A stretch of DNA of 64,000 bases, from the NCBI GenBank assembly GCA_030248215.1, contig JASANG010003696.1, positions 248,001-312,000 on the forward strand. The letters are read 5' to 3'. Position numbers and translations under genes: made by a program. Shown one piece after another: positions 14,574 through 28,765 of this stretch; the stretch's first letter is position 1; every line of letters starts with the position of its first letter. The notes below the pieces were generated by a model, which was given only the letters and a program-made list of their open reading frames with translations, did not search any database and was not told the DNA's origin. The stretch is from Enoplolaimus lenunculus. Lineage: Eukaryota.

Positions 14574-15060
14574 CAACGAAATCGACCCGTTTTAGCTTCA
14601 CGTGCCTCGCTTGACCCGGTTATTCCTAAATATTAAAAGTATTGAATGGAAACAAATTTTACTTTATATTTTAAAATTTAAATTTTGACTAAATTATTGT
14701 AGTTTTTATGTGTTATATTTACAAAAATATATATCTATTAAACACAGTCATTGTCTAAATTTCATCACTACGCTATCCAGCTGTTTAGTAAACAATTATG
14801 TTCATTTCACACCGAACAAAGGATTTCATTTTGTCGCAGTAAAACGAGATAATTAAAATGTTTAAACTTTGTCTGACTACAGAATACGTAAAGCGAAAAT
14901 TTTCACAAAAAAATCACTTAAATTCGAACGAAGAATGATGTGTCTGAATATTAAGTAATAATTTACTTAAAATCACATAAAATTGTAACCTGAACGCTTT
15001 TTTCAGATTTCTGTCGTCTTTGTCCTAAACCGGAAGACAACTAATGTTTAATGTCTGTGT

Positions 15061-15249
15061 TACTTATTATTTTAAGAAATTAGTAATTTTTTACTTCTTA
15101 TTTTAAGAAATTAGTAATTTTTTCACTTATTATTTTAAGAAATTAGTAATTTTTTACTTCTTATTTTAAGAAATTAGTAATTTTTTACTTATTATTTTAA
15201 GAAATTAGTAATTTTTTACTTATTATTTTAAGAAATTAGTAATTTTTTT
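15061..15249. repeat. Minisatellite, ~31-32 bp x 6
   Basis: Unit TACTTATTATTTTAAGAAATTAGTAATTTTTT. Confidence 0.95.
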
Positions 15250-15424
15250 GAAGTTTTGTTTGGTGAATGGTGTTGAAAAATGCGAATTTCTAAAATTTCC
15301 TATCGACTTAATTCAAATTTAGCAAAACGTTTAGTATAAACTTATATATACATCTTGTTTTTTTGCTACAGATATATAGAAAATAATCTTTTGCAAAATT
15401 ATTCCTAAACGTTGAACGTTTTCT

Positions 15425-15545
15425 GAATATTCAATCCGGTTCCGGTTTCATACCCGACAAAAACTGATATCCGTATCCGGTTCTGGTATCCGGTATAAAC
15501 CTACCGGATACCGGATATTTACGGTTGTGGTGTCTAATATCATAA
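15425..15545. repeat. ATCCGG/ACCGG-module dispersed repeat (probable MITE ends)
   Basis: Inverted match to 32318-32430. Related modules near 7280, 34921, 46140, 54125 and 58980. Confidence 0.6.
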
Positions 15546-16189
15546 AACAGCTTTTTACAAGTGAGCGTCTTTAACTTCTTGCTGCGATTACATTTCTGGG
15601 CATGTCAAAATGTTCATGTTTTGAACATTTTCAGGTACTTTAACTTGTCCTACGCGAGCGAGAGTTAAACGCATTTTTGCACTAAAATAGTTATATATGT
15701 GTGTATAATTTTATTTTAGTATATTCTACCTCTAAATGTATAATTTTTTTAAATTGCGTTGAAATTCATAGTTTCAAGCATCTCATAAAATGCGAATACT
15801 CTCTGCATATTCAAAAGAAATAGCTCTAAACTAACACATGTCTTTATAAGCATAAACATAGGCACAAAATATCGCTAGGATATTGTGTCCTACCGTGCCG
15901 CTGGTGCCCCCCCTGCTTAAAAGTTGACTCGACAATGTATGCACGGTGTTGCGCTCAAATTTTTATTTTGAAATGATGAATTAAAATTTCTGGTGCTTGT
16001 CCTGTTAATAATTTTTGGATGAATTAATAATTATTTTCTTTAACCAAATCTGAAAAAAGAGAAGATACAATTTGTGATTATAAAATTTGAAAACCAAAAT
16101 TTCCGGTTAAATTGGGTAAAGTTAGGGCAAGTATCTATAGTTAGGACAAGTACGAATTTTTCTAATTCAAAATGAGTATATTTGTGCAT

Positions 16190-16295
16190 ATTTATTTATT
16201 TATTTATTTATTTACTTATTTATTTATTTATTTATTTGTTTGTTTATTTATTTATTTGCTTATTTATTTATTTATTTATTTGTTTCTTTATTTAT
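16190..16295. repeat. (TTTA)n microsatellite
   Basis: Direct reading of the sequence. Confidence 0.9.
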
Positions 16296-17869
16296 AAAAT
16301 TACCAAAGTAAAACGTATTTGAAAATTAAAAGTACGCACATATTGTATGTAAGCGAGGGGGCGTGTGCAAGTAACAGAAAACAGGAGATGTATTCCACGC
16401 CTAAATTTTTAAACAGGACAATCATATTGTTTTACATTCTTTAAAATAACCAACTGAGTTCTTGCGGTCAATAACAATTTTCTCGCTCGCTACGTTCGCT
16501 TACAAAATACTTTTATGTAAAATTATTTCTTTTCGAAACGATAATCTGGCTTCACTTTTGAACACAAAAGATAACTGAAGATTGTTTCTCAAATGAACGC
16601 AAAATTTTCAAGCCCTAAGACCGAGAACAATAGTATTTTGGAACGGTTGATTTAATTTATATAAAAACGGAAGGCAGCGAAACTTTCTCATTTTTCAAGT
16701 CTATTTTCTTTTTCTTTTTAATCATTTTTAAACTTTTAATATTTGGTTCTATTATATGCATAAATACGCCGAAATCTTCAAACAAGTGGCTAAATGGTGT
16801 TATGGTTTAGCAAATTATCTGGAATTTTCAGATAAAAACCGCATAATATCAAAATGTTTAGATTCAAAATGTTGGATTTGATCTATATTTTAGGGCAGCA
16901 TCACAGCATCCTTATCTTGTATTCCACAGTGGTTAGCTTGTTTTAAACGATCTTTAGCCGGCGATAGCCTACAGCAAGAGCATTCGGGAATGCTGGCACT
17001 TTGTTTTTAAACGCGAGCTTAAACTTGCTAGGTTTCGTTTCCCGAACTCATGGATCAGAGCAATGTATGCATTGAAATTTGCTCGCAACCCGCGTGTTCC
17101 CGCTGGTAAACGCCGGGTTGAGTGAAACATTTGTGATTGTTTACCCACCTAAAATTTGAGTAACCAACGACGGGTTTGGTTTGCCTATTTTAGCGATGGT
17201 TTATATTGTTTTACTCATCGAATAATGGTTTTGTGTTAACATTAGTATCAGGGTACAGCTCCCGGTCAGCCTATGACTCCTGGTGAAAGTTGAAATTGTC
17301 TCTGTGGTAGATTTTACACGGAGATTTTGCCCATTTTAACATTGATATTTTTCGTTTTTAATGTTTTGTCATTCATGAAGTTTTTCGTGTCTTTCACGAA
17401 CGGTAATAACCGGTGCACCGACAGGGCACAGTTCCGATGGTCCAAATGGACTAAAGTATTTTGCCAAGTCCAAGTTTTTTCTATTTGGATACATTTTGGG
17501 ACTACTGTCCAAAACAATTTCACGCTCCAGGAAGCGGGACGCTCTAAAAGTAACATGGGCCAGCTTTTTTGCGACCCAAACCGAAGCCAAGTGACAATTC
17601 CCGTGAAAAATTTAAGCAAGAAATATTATTTTCTGAACGCTGAAGAAAAATGACACCGGGTAAAGGTGGGTCGCAGGCAAAAGCAATTTTGTCGAGTATA
17701 CCTGCGGGTCAAAAAATAATATTTCGGCGAATTAAAACATTTTTTCTTGCATTATAATTTAAATTCCCATATTTTCAAATTTCCACAAAATACTCATTCG
17801 ACCTGACCCTAACGCTGAAATATGCAACGTTACATAACTCATTTTTAAGTATTTATATTGCCGATTAAT

Positions 17870-18700
17870 TGCCCAATCCACGTCGTTTCAAAATATCGTT
17901 TAGCCAATGAAATTTTGTACTGAATGCTGGGTAATACAAATATCAATCGGTAAAATTGAAATTTATTTGAGGTTCAGCCAATGACTGAAATGTCAATATT
18001 TTTAAAATGTTCTTTGATCAGCTTTGGTACGGCTGTAAAACATCCCCTAGTTGAATTTTAGAATATTTAAATGTGTATACTTTGATTATAACCAATCAAA
18101 CGGCCCATTGAAAATTAAGCCAATCAAATGTTGCAGCGAGTATCATTTAAAATTAAAATTTGCTGCATTTCAACCAATGAAACTGTCCGACCAGTTAGAT
18201 TGACATCGTTTTATGTGATCGCTCAGCCAATGAAATTGAGTTAAGTTTAAAACTTCATTGAACTTTAACCAATAAAACTGTTTGAGTGCTTAACCATTTT
18301 GGAAATTCGTTTGCCATAAATTCTGAACCAATGAAATGGCGTTATGAATTTTTGTTAAGTTACTAAACTTAAAGTTTAACGAATTAAAGTTTCCAAACAG
18401 TTATTAATTCGTTCCTTTGTGATTCATTCAGCCAATTAAATTGAGCAACGCCCGCAAGTGAAATCTTTCCATCCAAGCTGTGGCTTAATTTCAACCAGTG
18501 TTGAAGCAAGAATTTACTTTTGGTGTTATATCTGCCCCAAACTCCGTTATTTTCGCCCTTGAGTTGAATCAAAACCGAAGGTTAAAAATTTCTTCCAATA
18601 CAAATGCGTGATTCTCTTAGACGCTACAGTAATCCATGCCGTGTTTGCTGCGCTGATTAGTTTCAAAAGATTTCAAGTTGAGCGAGCACCCGTGATTGGA
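17870..18700 (+). promoter_or_regulatory. Cluster of CCAAT boxes (candidate NF-Y array)
   Basis: CCAAT at 17873, 17904, 17978, 18092, 18120, 18174, 18227, 18269, 18328, 18432 and 18595, mostly in RRCCAAT(G/C)A context. Confidence 0.4.
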
Positions 18701-18970
18701 GCATTTTCGCAGCCGCACGGTATTGCGTATATTTTCGATTTAAAGAGTTCAAAATTTATTTTCAATTATTGGACAATTTTTTTACACTAATTTGTTTGAA
18801 AAGGTGACGAAACCGTTTGTTAGTTGAAAGAAATCATAAAATTTCATTCGTGTTTTTCAACATAAAGCGTTTTCCGAAGCCTAAACCTAACCGTAAATAT
18901 GTGACAAGGTTGTACAAAACCAAAAATTCGATTTCAGTCTGAATAAGTATATCTATTAATACTGTTATAC

Positions 18971-19280
18971 CAAGGATGCATGATACAATAGTATGCAACT
19001 CTTGGGGTTCCGCATGGTACAAAATGTACCCGGCACGCGTTGCGTTTTTAACCTCCCTACCCCTTATTTAGAAGACGGGTACATCCTGTGCTAACCATGA
19101 TGCCCTGTAAGTATCCGACATCAAAAATGCGCCGTTTACAGTTTAATTTAGAGTTATTGTGTGTGATAGCTACCCCCCTTTAAATAGGAAGGGTGGTCGG
19201 CCGAATGCGGAACGTCCGGCGGTACATTTTGTAGCATACGGAACCACAACAGTTACACTCTGTTGTATCATGCACTCTTG
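18971..19280. mobile_element. CAAG...CTTG MITE (P-element-like, 7-bp TSD)
   Basis: Long imperfect TIRs. Flanks GTTATAC/GTTGTAC. Homologues at 45433-45747 and 53644-53909. Confidence 0.75.
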
Positions 19281-20297
19281 GTTGTACACAATTAAAATCA
19301 TAATAACAAGTAAATTAATATAGTTAAGTTCGAGCTTATTCCTAAGCTTTAAATATTTGAAAATTGCTATATTATAACACACTTGATTGCACCGCTAATC
19401 TGCAAACTGAATATTGCATAAGTTACATATGCATGCAGTGGCATAGCGAAAAATCTGGGCACGTGGGGGCTTAATGGGTGGCATAGAAAAAAACGGCTAA
19501 AATACTGGCTGTTTAAGATATTATGCGCCACCGCAAAACGGGGCCAAATTAACGCAATGACTGTCGCATTTGGCAAAATTAAATTATGGAACGCGTGGAC
19601 CGGGTAACCCACATTTCGGTACACCTATATCTGTACATGTTTTAATGCGTTATCTTTATTCAAATAGCTTTAACAATTTAAAGCGTAATGACTTAGCTAA
19701 CAAATTATAAGTTGAAAATTATTAAGTGTAAAAAAATTAAAGCTTTAACACGTCGCTTACTAATCGATTTCAAAACGAAAGCGAAGAAATAGGTTTTTAG
19801 CACATTTTTCGCTCAAATGAATATTATCTGACTTAATTTAATTATATATATATATATTAATATATATCATGCATATTTTCTGTTTATGTCCAGCTTCAGC
19901 AGTTAAATTAGGTAAAAGGTTAATAATTTTCGAAAATATAATCTAATCTTAAGCTGGAATTATCGTCTAAAGTTGGTTTCTAATTTACGTATACACTTTA
20001 TTTTTCAATACAATTAATAGGCGACTACAGTTATTCAAAAATCAGAAAACCCAAATGTCTTTTTAGTAAAATTATAAGGTAGGAAAGAATTTAACTATTT
20101 TTTCGTAATTTTTTTTCATTTTATGGCTATGCAAAATTTTACGACATCAGAACCGGTACGGACTGATTAAACTGCTTCCATGCGCCGTACCACTGTTCCT
20201 ACGGACTTTACTAAGAACAGCAGCTATCAAGCAGTTCAAACTTAAGCAAGATGCAAAGCTAAGTTTCTGGTTTTGAGTTCTAATATAATTATCAACA

Positions 20298-20893
20298 AAT
20301 ATATAAGACCACATCGTTTGCCTAAAGATACTTAGTATATTTTTTTCGATGTGCAATAAACTTTATTGCTGGTCAAAGACTTATCTTCAATTGGTTTATG
20401 TCGTGTTTGCAGTTTTGGGTTAAATTTTAACTCTGAGAACATTCAATTTGAAGCGAAACCAGATTGAAATGGTTTCGGCAGAGCAATTTTTCGCCAGCGT
20501 CGTCAACAACATCAGCCGCATGAAGAAATTAGATTCGCTCGTTGTTTGAGTTGCGTGATCAATAACAGTCCAATTTGTCTAAATTTGCCCTAATCGTTCA
20601 CCACTCAAACGAGAGAGCGAACGAGTCTTCTTACTTGCCGACCCTAAGAATTGGTCTCAAATCATTTGCTTCTGCGGTTCTTCCAAAGCCTGCCCTATCA
20701 CACGACCATTTCGCCCTCCGTTGAAATCTGCTCATTATTAATTTATCTTCGAAATGCGTTTGACTTCACAAATGCCGCAATTTTGGCTTTTCAGACGCTG
20801 TGTCTTTCTGTTTCGTTGTTTCATCCATCTCTCGTGAGCGTTCGTGAGTACGGAAATGTTTTGTTCTTCCGAAACTTTATTATCAGTTTCCTG
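20298..20893. repeat. ~600-bp near-identical direct repeat, copy 1
   Basis: Matches 35226-35824 with only scattered substitutions and small indels. Confidence 0.92.
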
Positions 20894-20980
20894 TTTAAAC
20901 TTATATGTAGAGTGGTAATAGGACTATAAGTGTTCGCGTGTGACAACCAAATAGAACAAATTTGCCAATTCACACTCGTA

Positions 20981-21604
20981 CTCTCTAAAAGCATAAACTA
21001 ACTCGATTTAAGTTTCAGCTAATCTCCAGCAGCATTAGGCTAACTTTCTAGGTTAACTAAACTAACAGGTAAGTTACGCTCAAACTTTATTTGAAATCTT
21101 GCATATTTTTTTAGTTTAATCTAAACTTAACGAATTTTAAAAACTGTATACTTTCTGTACAGCACGTAAATCTCAAACCAAACATAAGTTTTGTTTAACC
21201 CTTTTCACATGAATATTTTCGATTTTATATGAGATGTAATTTCTTGGCAAAAAACGACCCCAGTCTCACGGGTGGAATGTATTTAAGACGACCACTGAGC
21301 TAATGGAGTTTGACAATTCAGCCCGAGGGGGCTGTCGCGTCTTGTGGAGATTTTGCCCTGTGCGCATATCTTATAATTGTTAAACACTGCTCACAATGTT
21401 TGTATTGATCATATTATTCGCATTTAGTTGCTTATAGTATACTTCATGGATGAGAGGGTTAAACTTGCACTGAACTTGAAAAATGTGTTCGTTTAAGTAG
21501 AGTTTAAAATTCTAGTTTAGTAAGTCCGTCCAGCCATTTAAATTTTACTTAAACTCGTATTCAAGTTTAGTTACGCTGTAATATAAGTTTAAGTTTCCAG
21601 AGAG
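20981..21604. mobile_element. TA-flanked CTCTCT...AGAGAG element hosting the piggyBac-type MITE
   Basis: TA|CTCTCTAAAAGCATAAACT versus AGTTTAAGTTTCCAGAGAG|TA, an imperfect TIR pair. Confidence 0.55.
21199..21458. mobile_element. piggyBac-type MITE (TTAA TSD, CCC...GGG termini) with tRNA-like segment
   Basis: TTAA|CCCTTTTCA...TGAGAGGG|TTAA. Internal A-box TAGCTCAGTGG on the - strand at 21292-21302. Confidence 0.82.
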
Positions 21605-21832
21605 TAATTAGCGGCAAATTTTATCCCTTTATGGACTAAGAGTCCACAGTTGTGCTCGCTATATAATGTAAATTTTAAACACAGTATACACACTGCACAA
21701 TATGCGTATCATTGCAATGTATTTTTGCCTAACATCTATGGCATCTCTGAGGTCCGAGCCATTACTACTTTCTGGTGCAGTGGTTTTGATATTTGACTTA
21801 TAATCAATTATGTCCAAGTTCTGTCGCGTTTC

Positions 21833-22011
21833 GGCCCATGTTACTTTAATGGGTGTCTAGATATCTGGTGGGTGTATAAAAGACTACGTTTAGAGTCTTG
21901 ATTACATTTTTTTGCTTAGGCTTTAGGCTAACGAACACATTTTTACAACTATTAGGCTTAGGCTTAGAATACACTTAATCTACTGTTTCGCCCCTAAAAA
22001 TAACATTGGCC
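21833..22011. mobile_element. Telomere-repeat MITE copy (TTACTTTAA subfamily)
   Basis: GGCCCATGTTACTTTAA...TAACATTGGCC with internal TTAGGC. Confidence 0.8.
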
Positions 22012-22877
22012 CAAGTTACTAAATGCTGTATAATTGGTTCATAAAGGGTAAATGAAAGTTGAATCGTTTAAAATCTGTAACAAAATGATGCCACCTGTGC
22101 CTTTGCGGTCGTTTTCGAATCCTCCCTGTGCAAAAAATTATTATATTAAAGAATATTTGAAAACAAAGTTATATTAGCAAAAATTGCCCGTATACCGGTA
22201 TGATTTCCTCTTGCTTGCGAACGAAGTCCTGCTTGTAGGCCGGGTCCCTAAATGCCCTGACACACTTGTCTTGCCCTCAGGTATTACAAGGCTACGAGCG
22301 AAGCATTTCGAAATAACTTATTGTAATCGAATTACTTTCAGTCTATCAACTTTTTAAATGCTTATTAGAGCGTGAAACAAAGCAGATAAACCGAAAATTT
22401 CGTTTCAGGCCAAAATACGCCTGTAATTTAGGTAAAATTAACCAGTTTTAATAGGTCTTGCCTGACAAACTCAAGGTTAAAACTTAGAAAATGTCCCTCT
22501 GAAAAACGTTTTCAAGATTCGCATTGTTAGATTAAATTTACTAATATCTATCCTAATATATAATTGGTCTATTAAAAATGATAATATTAGTACCAGCTTA
22601 GCCTAGAAATGCTGCTATTTTGAGTTTATTTAGCTTAGTTGGCTAACCGCTGTTTACCGCATGGCCAGAGTAGGTTTGCAATTGCAACACGGACTGCAGC
22701 AATAAGCTTTGCTTCATATGTTGTCGTTCGACCACTTCTGCGTCCGTCGAAGTGTTTGGATTTATGGTCTACGTAGCCGTATATAACCATCGATGTATAA
22801 AGTGTTAATTTTGACCCTGAATCCCTGGCTATAAACAAACTACGCCCGTGCTGTAGATATATAATTTCACAAATAGT

Positions 22878-23216
22878 GGCTGGGTCTACAAAACTCTGCT
22901 TAAGTACGACTTAGTCCTTAAGTACGTGTTAAGTAATTACTTAACCATTTTGTCGTTTTTAAGAGCGTACTTAAGTTTAATTACTAACGCCGCTGACTGA
23001 ATTTGATATATAGCCAATTTACAATTCAGGAATACTAACTTTGGTCCAATTGAAATTAAAGACTGTTGGTCCCTCCTCAAAATATAGCAAAACTATTACC
23101 TTTTTGTCATGACAATGGCTGACATTTGGCGTTTATTGTTTTTGCTCGAAAATTTAAATATTTACTTAAGTCGGCGACTTAAGTACATACTTAAGTAAGA
23201 TTTCAGAAACCCAGCC
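22878..23216. mobile_element. GGCTGGG...CCCAGCC MITE rich in ACTTAAGT
   Basis: Terminal inverted repeats. Partial homologues end at about 2986 and 56187. Confidence 0.72.
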
Positions 23217-24008
23217 AATGCTTACTATTTCAATTTTCAAAATTCAACGTTCGGAACGCATGGAATCGCAGTAATTACTAGCGAGTCAGGCCCAAATAAC
23301 TTTTCAGAGTAGAAAAATTCGTAGACGAACACCCTCAGACTATCTGGTACGATGCGGTACCAATGACAATTTTTTTAAGCTTTTTTTATTTTATTTTAAG
23401 TAAAAATGTTTCCGCTAAACTCTCGAAAAAGTTTAATTTCCAAAATTCCATTTTAAATATTCTGCCGACCACTGGTCACACCATCCGTCAACCTAAAACC
23501 AACATTGAGTGATTTTATTAAAATTTAATCGCATCTGTTCGCGTGACTCGAACTCGTGTTGTAACCGTTTATTTGAGTTTATTTTGATTTGTAAACCAGA
23601 AATGATACCCATTCTTTCAGGGCAGTTATGGTCATAACCCCCTGAGGGATGATGGCCACATATTAAAATATACATGGTCACTTGAAAAGGTTTTATAGAT
23701 TTGTAAATATAAAATTCTATTAGAAAAAAAACAAGACGTGAGTGCCCCCTCGCGCTTGAGCGTCAAGCTCCTATATAGCTGAGTGCTCATCGTGAACGCC
23801 TGTCCCTCGACAGACTGGGGGATCGAATCTTACCTTGAAAGTGCATCTCTTATGAAATTGAAAATATTCGTGTGAGAAAGGGTTAAAATGCTTTATAGAT
23901 TTGCAAATTATAAAATTCCATTAGAAAAACGCAGTTGGTAGAAACATGTTGCTTATGTTTTGCATCGTCAAAAAATTTTGGCTTGCAATCCCGGTGTATA
24001 AAGCGAGT

Positions 24009-24217
24009 GACCCATGTATCGAATAGGGCCTTAACTGTACTAGTATTATATCCCTAAGCCTAAACCTAAGCCTAAGGGGAAAGATGAGCCTATTCCTAAG
24101 CCTAAGCCTAAACCTAAGCCTAAACCTAAGCCTAATCAAAAACGTTATTCTAAAGCTTCAACTGACTCTATTACAGCACGGCCGGAAAACGGTCCGGCCC
24201 TGTTCTATACATGGACT
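24009..24217. mobile_element. Telomere-repeat MITE copy with perfect 8-bp TSD
   Basis: Flanked on both sides by AAGCGAGT. Two GCCTAA/ACCTAA arrays. Confidence 0.88.
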
Positions 24218-26096
24218 AAGCGAGTTATAGTATTTGTGCACGCGTGCGAGCAATTAATATTTGCACTGAATCGAACATTTAATACGCGTAATGAGCGCAT
24301 TTTAAATTTCTAAAATTAGCTTGTTCCGCTTTTAGTGCTGTCATAAATTCGAGTTAAAATTTGTGCTATCGATCCGTTATCAATTTGATTCGCGTTCTGG
24401 TGAATCCCTTGGAAAGTCGGACAGTAGGCGATAGAATAGAAATTTGTAGGTTTAATTGTGTTGCTGGTAAAGGGACCGTCGTAAGACCGTGACATATGAA
24501 CCAGAACGACAGGAAAGCAAATGGTCAGTAGAAACAGGTCGAGCTTATAAAAAGTAATTGGCTCACAGAAAGTGATAAGTGGCGACTGTTCGGGTTAGCG
24601 GCGACGTTACAAAGGGGAATAGCGAAAATCCACCTATATCCTTGGGAATATCTCATGAAATGAAACATAAAACGTTACAGGCTTTACAATAACCAGCTTG
24701 GATCTGGACGGTAAGAAATTTTATTGCTCGGTACGCTGGCTCGCAAAATGACGTTATTTGGTGACGTTTTTTCAAAAATTCCGTGTTTTTTTCCATCATC
24801 CAATCAAAATATACCGTGATTTTAAAACATCCATTTGAAATACCCAATCAAAAATCGTTAGTTTTTAGAATAATCTAAACTTAGAATGCTTGTATGTTTA
24901 TGGCATTTTTTTGTTTCCTCGCAAGATTTTGTTGCCTGTTCTAACTCTGTAATTTTAAAAAATTTCAATTGATTTATGTCCGAATACAAGCTATTTTTAT
25001 TAAAATTTTAAACTTATTTCGAACTATTTATTAATATTGAAATTATATTAATAATTGAACTCTAAAAGTTACTGCTTGGGTTTGAGGTGTGAATGTGGGA
25101 AATGAGTTCAAAATATCCTCATTATTCGCTGTGGACCCGTCGTAGTTTTGTAAGTTTAATATTTGTTTCTTATAACGGCGTATATATTTATTTATTTATT
25201 TATTTATATATATTTATATATTTATATGTATATATTGCAGAGGATACTAAATTGAATTTAACATATATTTTTGAAAAAATATACTTTTCGAACTATTTAT
25301 AAAGCCGCAATACTATTTTTGCAGCCTATTCTCATTTACAAATAACCATCAAAAATACTAAGCCCAGCAAAGTCCAGGTGTAACAATAGTTCGGCCCCTA
25401 ATCATGTTATACAGCCTTGCTTCCATAGAAATTGTTTTGTAAATGGTGCAAGAATATTTCTCAGTTGACAAAGAAAAACTTTCGCTAGCATATAATTCTT
25501 TTACGTTGTAAAAAAATCGGACCGTGAGACGAAGTTATCAGTAGAAGGACGGTGCCCCCGCGTTCTCGATGTCGCGACGGAGGGTCTGTATCGAGTACCA
25601 GAGTCGCTAGCGGTCATTGCAACACTGCGACTTTGTCAAATTTAATCACTTTAAAACATTTTAAATCCCGATTGCCCTATTTTAATATAATTGACAGTAT
25701 AAGCACGAGTTAAATTACGCAATTTAAAACTTTGCAATATTTCAGCTAAAAGTTTTCAACCAAATTATGATATCATATTAGCTTTATATCGTTTCATACA
25801 TATACTTCAAATGTTATTAAGTGGCCTATAATGAGTCTAAAAGTGTTTTGTCCGCAATTGAACACGCAATCAATGTTCGCTCTTTCTGTGTTTGTGTCTT
25901 TAGCTTGCGCTCTGAAGCCAACGATTGGCCGATTTATTGGAAGCAATTAATTTTTGGCGAATAATATAACAGTGCAAAAGTGATTTTTAATTTCATATAT
26001 TAATCTTTCAAATAGCAGCCCAGGAGCAACTATCGTCACAGTTTAAGCATTACTTTAGAGTCGGGTGATGGTCTTTAAAATTAAGGCTTATTTGTA

Positions 26097-26552
26097 CTAT
26101 AGTGACCAGAATATGAGGGTGTGAGGTAATAAGAGGGGGAGGGGTCCCCATTTTGAGTCCCAATCAATAGGAGTCCGTATCCCTAATAAGAGTCCGTAAG
26201 CGGATTCCCTAAGTCTTAATTAGAGTCCATGAAGGTCAGTTATTCCTAATTGTAGTGCATAAATGACTCCAGGACCAAATATAATTGAGTTCGAATTTTT
26301 AAGGCGTACCTACTTTAATTTTGAAAGTACATTCCTAAGTATAACCTTTCATGATCGCTCCAGCTATTGACTCAAGACAAATAAACGTTGAATTCAACGG
26401 ATAGTTGCAGTACTGGATATATATCAGTAACGAAGGGTGGCGGAGCGTGGGTTAAAAATAAATAACAGTCCGTAACCGAATAACAAGAGGGGTGCCCTCG
26501 GGACAGGCCAAATAAATATTAGCCCCACCCCCTCTTATTCGGGTCAACACAG
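26097..26552. mobile_element. TA-flanked MITE (Tc1/mariner-like), TIR CTGTAGTGACC.GAATA
   Basis: Inverted homologue at 30284-30706 and degenerate copy at about 59460-59871. Confidence 0.75.
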
Positions 26553-28765
26553 TATTGCTAGATATCAAGGGTGTTGATAGTATTTGACTTCAAAAAGATG
26601 TAATCTCAAGCAAAAAATTATAGACAGCTTGGGAAGCCAACAAGTATCAATTCAAAGCCTATTAAGCTTGCGTTAGAATGAAAACCTCACCGTCACTACC
26701 TTGAAAAGCTGTATTTTGGCTAACCTTTGTTTAAGCACCGTTTCAGCTTGAAATCTTGAACCAAATTAACCTAAGCCAAACTTGATTAGTTTTTATAGAA
26801 AACTCTAATAAACTTGCAACATCAAAATATTAGCTAAGTATTTTTAACGACATTTAAAACTGCGTTGTTGTTATTTGTAATATCTTGAGAGAAAGTAACA
26901 TTTTTGCTCACAATAAAGCGACTCAAATCAATTATAACTCATAAACTTTTGACCATATTTCAACCCGATAGGTACATGAGTATATATGCAATTAATTCTC
27001 AAGAGACGATGCCCCTGATCTATAAAGAGCATATTAACCACTACAAGACACGCACGTTGTATATTTTGTAGCTATTTTACGGTCAATTTACTTGTGTTGC
27101 AGTACACTGCAATGCTAACCTATTAGGACCAGTAGCTAGCGCAACATGTTAAACGGGGCCCAAGGTATTTCAGATGGGACATATGGGGAGATATTGTATA
27201 ATTTAAGCGAGTCAAAACGTTTACCAGATAGTTGAAATTGTTACTAGGCAAGGGTTGAAAGTTTTCTGGCACATAAAGTCTTGGCATGTTCATGATATTG
27301 TAGGCCTCGTATGGGGATACAAACAGAGGTATTCAATGTTAGGAAAGCCAGAACAAACGAAAGGGTAATGATCGTTTTATAAAAGCAATTTTACTATTAT
27401 TAATGTTTAGATGGGGGAAGACCGAACGAACCCCCGTGCGCGGATCGATCATCACCCGTCCGCCCGTATATTAATTAATAAATTAATACAATTTGTCTTA
27501 AAATTAAGTCTTGGGTTATTCAGGGTTATTCTTGTCATTCGGTGTGCGGTGCCTGTTTAATTAGCTCATAAAAAATTTAATGATCAATTTTAAGATTAAC
27601 TTTTTATGAAATATATCAGATAAACAGAATATGTTTAATAGAAATTAATTGTTTGTAAATTTTTGGTCAAAAGATCGTTTCATTTCAACAAAAGTTTGTT
27701 TTTTTTGAATTTGACAAAAATGGCAACTATTATAAAAGCAGGAAGTCGGATTGAACGTTGACAATTCTGAATTTGTACCGCCGAAAAACTGATTCCGAAT
27801 CTAAAAGAAGTCATTCTTTAGTAGATTCGCAAACGGAAGTACAAAGCCGGACCCATAGCCAAATTTTCTGCTTTCCCTCAGAAAGGTTTTAGCGGCGCTT
27901 ATATATATAAATATATATATATATATATTTATATATATATTTATATTTATATATATTTATATATATATAAGTATATATGTATATATGTATATATTTATAT
28001 ATAAAATGCTAAATCCCCGAATTCCAGATAAAATTATTTTCTACCATGTTTAAGGTGGCATCTGCGTAAAGACGTAACCTTCCTTGATGCGCAACCAGCA
28101 ATTTATATAAAATCACATAAAAACGTTACAGTTCCGTCTTTGGTTATTTCCATAATTTCATATTATTTATTAATGTTAATAACACAAGTGATTAGCAGTC
28201 GTTTTGATTGCATGCAAATTGACAATTAATGGTTTGAAATTACAGTAACTCTCATTTAGTAGATATTATAAACATTTTTGAAAAAAATTTGAACATTCGT
28301 CTATGGTCAATTTTTGACAAAAAGTTAGCATTTGTAAGGACACATAGCTAGAAGTATTTATCAGGATTGCCCAATAGAATAACGTTCGAAATTGTGGATC
28401 TGCCTTATATCCGCCTATTTCGTAATCGATCGATTATTTATCGCCCAGTCCTCACGCGCCAGTGGCGGATACAGAAATTTCTAAACACATGGGGCTGCGA
28501 GAAATATAATACAGGCAAAACCTGGTGGGCGTAGCGAGCGAGAAACCACACCTGATTGCAGTGATAATACCTAAGACGAAATTTGGGTTTCGATTCCTGC
28601 TGGGGCCGCCTAGGCTGAAGTGGCCCAAACCTTTGATCCGGAGTAAGACCTACACCGGAGCATCGGAGTGTAACGTTTGATTTTGTCCAGTGAACATTTT
28701 AGTTGATGTCTAAGAAAGGAAATCTTTAGTATAGATTTTAATAATAACCACACATTAGCGATTCA

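Noticed and set aside
15061..15249. Regularly spaced ~32-bp repeats as a possible CRISPR array
   Set aside because: No unique spacers, eukaryotic context and no cas genes; it is a minisatellite.
20651..20929. 92-aa ORF duplicated at 35582-35878
   Set aside because: Starts at TTG, has no recognisable motif, and similarity simply reflects the DNA duplication; C-termini diverge at the repeat boundary.
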